A DNA stretch of 45,623 nt from an uncultured Bacteroides sp. (GTDB lineage Bacteria > Bacillota > Clostridia > Christensenellales > CAG-917): assembly GCA_964499325.1 (NCBI GenBank), contig CAZCKS010000004.1, positions 1-45,623 on the forward strand, read 5' to 3'. The notes below the pieces were generated by a model. The model worked only from the letters and a program-made list of their open reading frames with translations. It was not told the DNA's origin and searched no databases. The translations under genes and the position numbers were made by a program. Shown piece by piece: positions 43,984-45,623 of this stretch; positions within the stretch are counted from its first letter, which is position 1, and the number at the start of each line of letters is the position of its first letter.

Positions 43984-45623
43984 TTACGCTGTGTGATACT
44001 TGTGCGTTCTATAAAGTAGCCAGTATATCAGCGAACTCAAGGGGAGGTTAGTGAGTAGCACCATCGGTAGAACAATCGACGAGAGAATAAGGTCTATATC
44101 GTTTACGTTTGCTCCCAGTGCAAAGAACCCTATCAAGATACATACAACCGTAAGTTCTATAAACAGCATTGTGCGGTTGAGTATAGATAGTTTGAAATTG
44201 AAATTTGCTCGTGTCCGTTTTGTCGGATTCATCATATAAATCACTGTCGGTACAAGGCAAAGCGCACTTCCGCACAAGAGGATGGGCAAAAAGTATGCAT
44301 AACTTATCCTTGAGAAGAGCGATACCCACATAATTGCAACTTCAACAACAAAAAATGCTAATATAATCAAGAACGTGTCACGATTGAGACGGTTGGATTG
44401 AATGAAATTGAAGGTGTAATACTCCGAAGTGTTTCCTCTGTCATAGGGGCGGATTTTGAAGCCCTTAGCATACAATCTTGTCTTGATGTCGCTGTCGGAG
44501 TAGTCAACTTGTTGCGGTTTTTCTTCGTTTTCTATCGGTTGATTGTTTTGTTCGGCGATAGACACGAAAAACTCTCTATAATTGACATCGTCTTTTTCGT
44601 AGTCAAAACCGCCTTCTTGACGATTTACCACTGCAGATGTAACAAATTGACCTTTGTCGCCGGGGGCAGAGAAGTTTTGATTACGACCTTCGAGTGTTGC
44701 GATGTATTCGTCATACTCTTGCTTTGTCGGAATATGTTTTTCTGCCTCTTTAGCCTCTTCATAGGCGCGCAAAATCTCAATTTCTTGTTGTTCCTTTGCA
44801 AGTTTGTCGTCGATTTGCGCTTCTTTCTCGTCAAGTTGTTTAAAAATATCTTTGAGTGAGGTTTGTGAGCGTGAAGAGTGTTCCACTTGGTTGGTAAAGC
44901 CGTTTATGTATGTGTGTTCTTCAGGCTCAACTTTGTCATAGCGATAGAGCGGAGTGGCGTCTTGCTGGCGTTTGTATTCGCTTTCTGCGTCGAGTTTTGC
45001 AAACATTTCTTCAAGAGTTTGAGCAGGTTTAGCCTGTTCTTGACGTTTGCGCTCGGCTTCTTCTTCAAGACGTTTTGCCTCTTCTTCTTGTCTACGCTTT
45101 TCCTCTTCCTCTTTGATGCGTTGCGCCTCTTGTGCACGGATTTTTTCTTCTTCCATTTGGCGGAGCATGGATTTGACGATTTCTCTATCTTCTTCCGACT
45201 TGCGCAACTGTTCTTCGGTTTGGCGCAGTTGCTCCTCTTTTTGTTTTGCTTCTTCTTCGGATTTTTGGATCTGCTCGTCTTTGAGACGAGATTGCTCCTC
45301 AATTTGCTTATATTGTTCCTCGGCAAGGCGCGCTTGCTCATCGTCTTGCAAGGCTTGTTGCTTGAGTGCATCGGCGTCTTCTTCGTTTACCTCATTACCA
45401 TAGCGGTCAAAGAACACCTTTTTCTCAACGATTTTTTCAACAATCTTATCTTTGTAGACAACTTTCGGCTTGTCCTCGACTTTGGAGTAGGGGCGAAGTT
45501 CGCTTGCCACAAAAGGAATGGGGACGGTGAAGTCGTATTCGTCCGAAGAGACGAGTTTATCCAAAATTGTGCGGGAATACTCGTATTCGCTCTTTTCCTT
45601 TTTGAGGAATGCTTTGCCCTCTT
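43984..45623 (-). CDS. Large protein, 5'-truncated by the window: probable PadR-like N-terminus, E/Q/K coiled coil, about four C-terminal TM helices
   Basis: Frame is open to the window edge (EGKAFLKKEKSEYEYSRTILDKLV); heptad EEQ repeats; four hydrophobic segments at the C-terminus. Confidence 0.75.
   Translation of the reverse strand, partial: EGKAFLKKEKSEYEYSRTILDKLVSSDEYDFTVPIPFVASELRPYSKVEDKPKVVYKDKIVEKIVEKKVFFDRYGNEVNEEDADALKQQALQDDEQARLAEEQYKQIEEQSRLKDEQIQKSEEEAKQKEEQLRQTEEQLRKSEEDREIVKSMLRQMEEEKIRAQEAQRIKEEEEKRRQEEEAKRLEEEAERKRQEQAKPAQTLEEMFAKLDAESEYKRQQDATPLYRYDKVEPEEHTYINGFTNQVEHSSRSQTSLKDIFKQLDEKEAQIDDKLAKEQQEIEILRAYEEAKEAEKHIPTKQEYDEYIATLEGRNQNFSAPGDKGQFVTSAVVNRQEGGFDYEKDDVNYREFFVSIAEQNNQPIENEEKPQQVDYSDSDIKTRLYAKGFKIRPYDRGNTSEYYTFNFIQSNRLNRDTFLIILAFFVVEVAIMWVSLFSRISYAYFLPILLCGSALCLVPTVIYMMNPTKRTRANFNFKLSILNRTMLFIELTVVCILIGFFALGANVNDIDLILSSIVLPMVLLTNLPLSSLIYWLLYRTHKYHTA

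Noticed and set aside
1-45623. CRISPR array, prophage, IS/transposase, defence or toxin-antitoxin system
   Set aside because: No regularly spaced repeat-spacer array and no integrase, transposase or phage-like ORF; nearly all long ORFs are core or sporulation genes

Overview
Core-genome region of a spore-forming Clostridia-type bacterium (inferred from gene content and synteny; gene order looks streamlined). Gene order: tig(partial)-clpP-clpX-engB; a metallophosphoesterase and a Cys/Thr-rich, probably sigK-driven spore-surface protein (minus strand); a reduced dcw cluster (mraZ-rsmH-[orphan in the ftsL slot]-spoVD-murE-mraY-murD-spoVE/ftsW-murA-ftsA-ftsZ, with no murF, murG or divIB); spoIIGA-sigE-sigG; inverted ylmC; nrdR; intact sigK; an FAD oxidoreductase; spoIVB; an inverted, receiver-less Spo0A DNA-binding-domain gene where spo0A normally sits; spoIIM-dacF; a MacB-like ABC fusion; scpAB; ytfI-ytfJ-dacB; rluB-surE-HI0933 flavoprotein-[cmk::plsC]-[ispH::rpsA]; rnhA; tRNA-Trp(CCA); two REP-like units; and a partial PadR-like/coiled-coil/4-TM protein. 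I saw no prophage, IS, CRISPR or defence system. The most interesting signals are regulatory. (1) At 7-9 genes, including sigE-type sporulation genes, a promoter -10 lies 5-7 nt before a start codon with no Shine-Dalgarno, which predicts leaderless mRNAs. (2) The Spo0A paralog lacks a receiver domain and has an altered recognition helix. (3) A promoter, SD and in-frame ATG hidden inside ispH could produce free S1 from the IspH-S1 fusion. (4) sigG has an RBS-occluding hairpin and a convergent sigE-driven neighbour with no terminator between them. All calls were made by eye from motifs and synteny; no searches were run.
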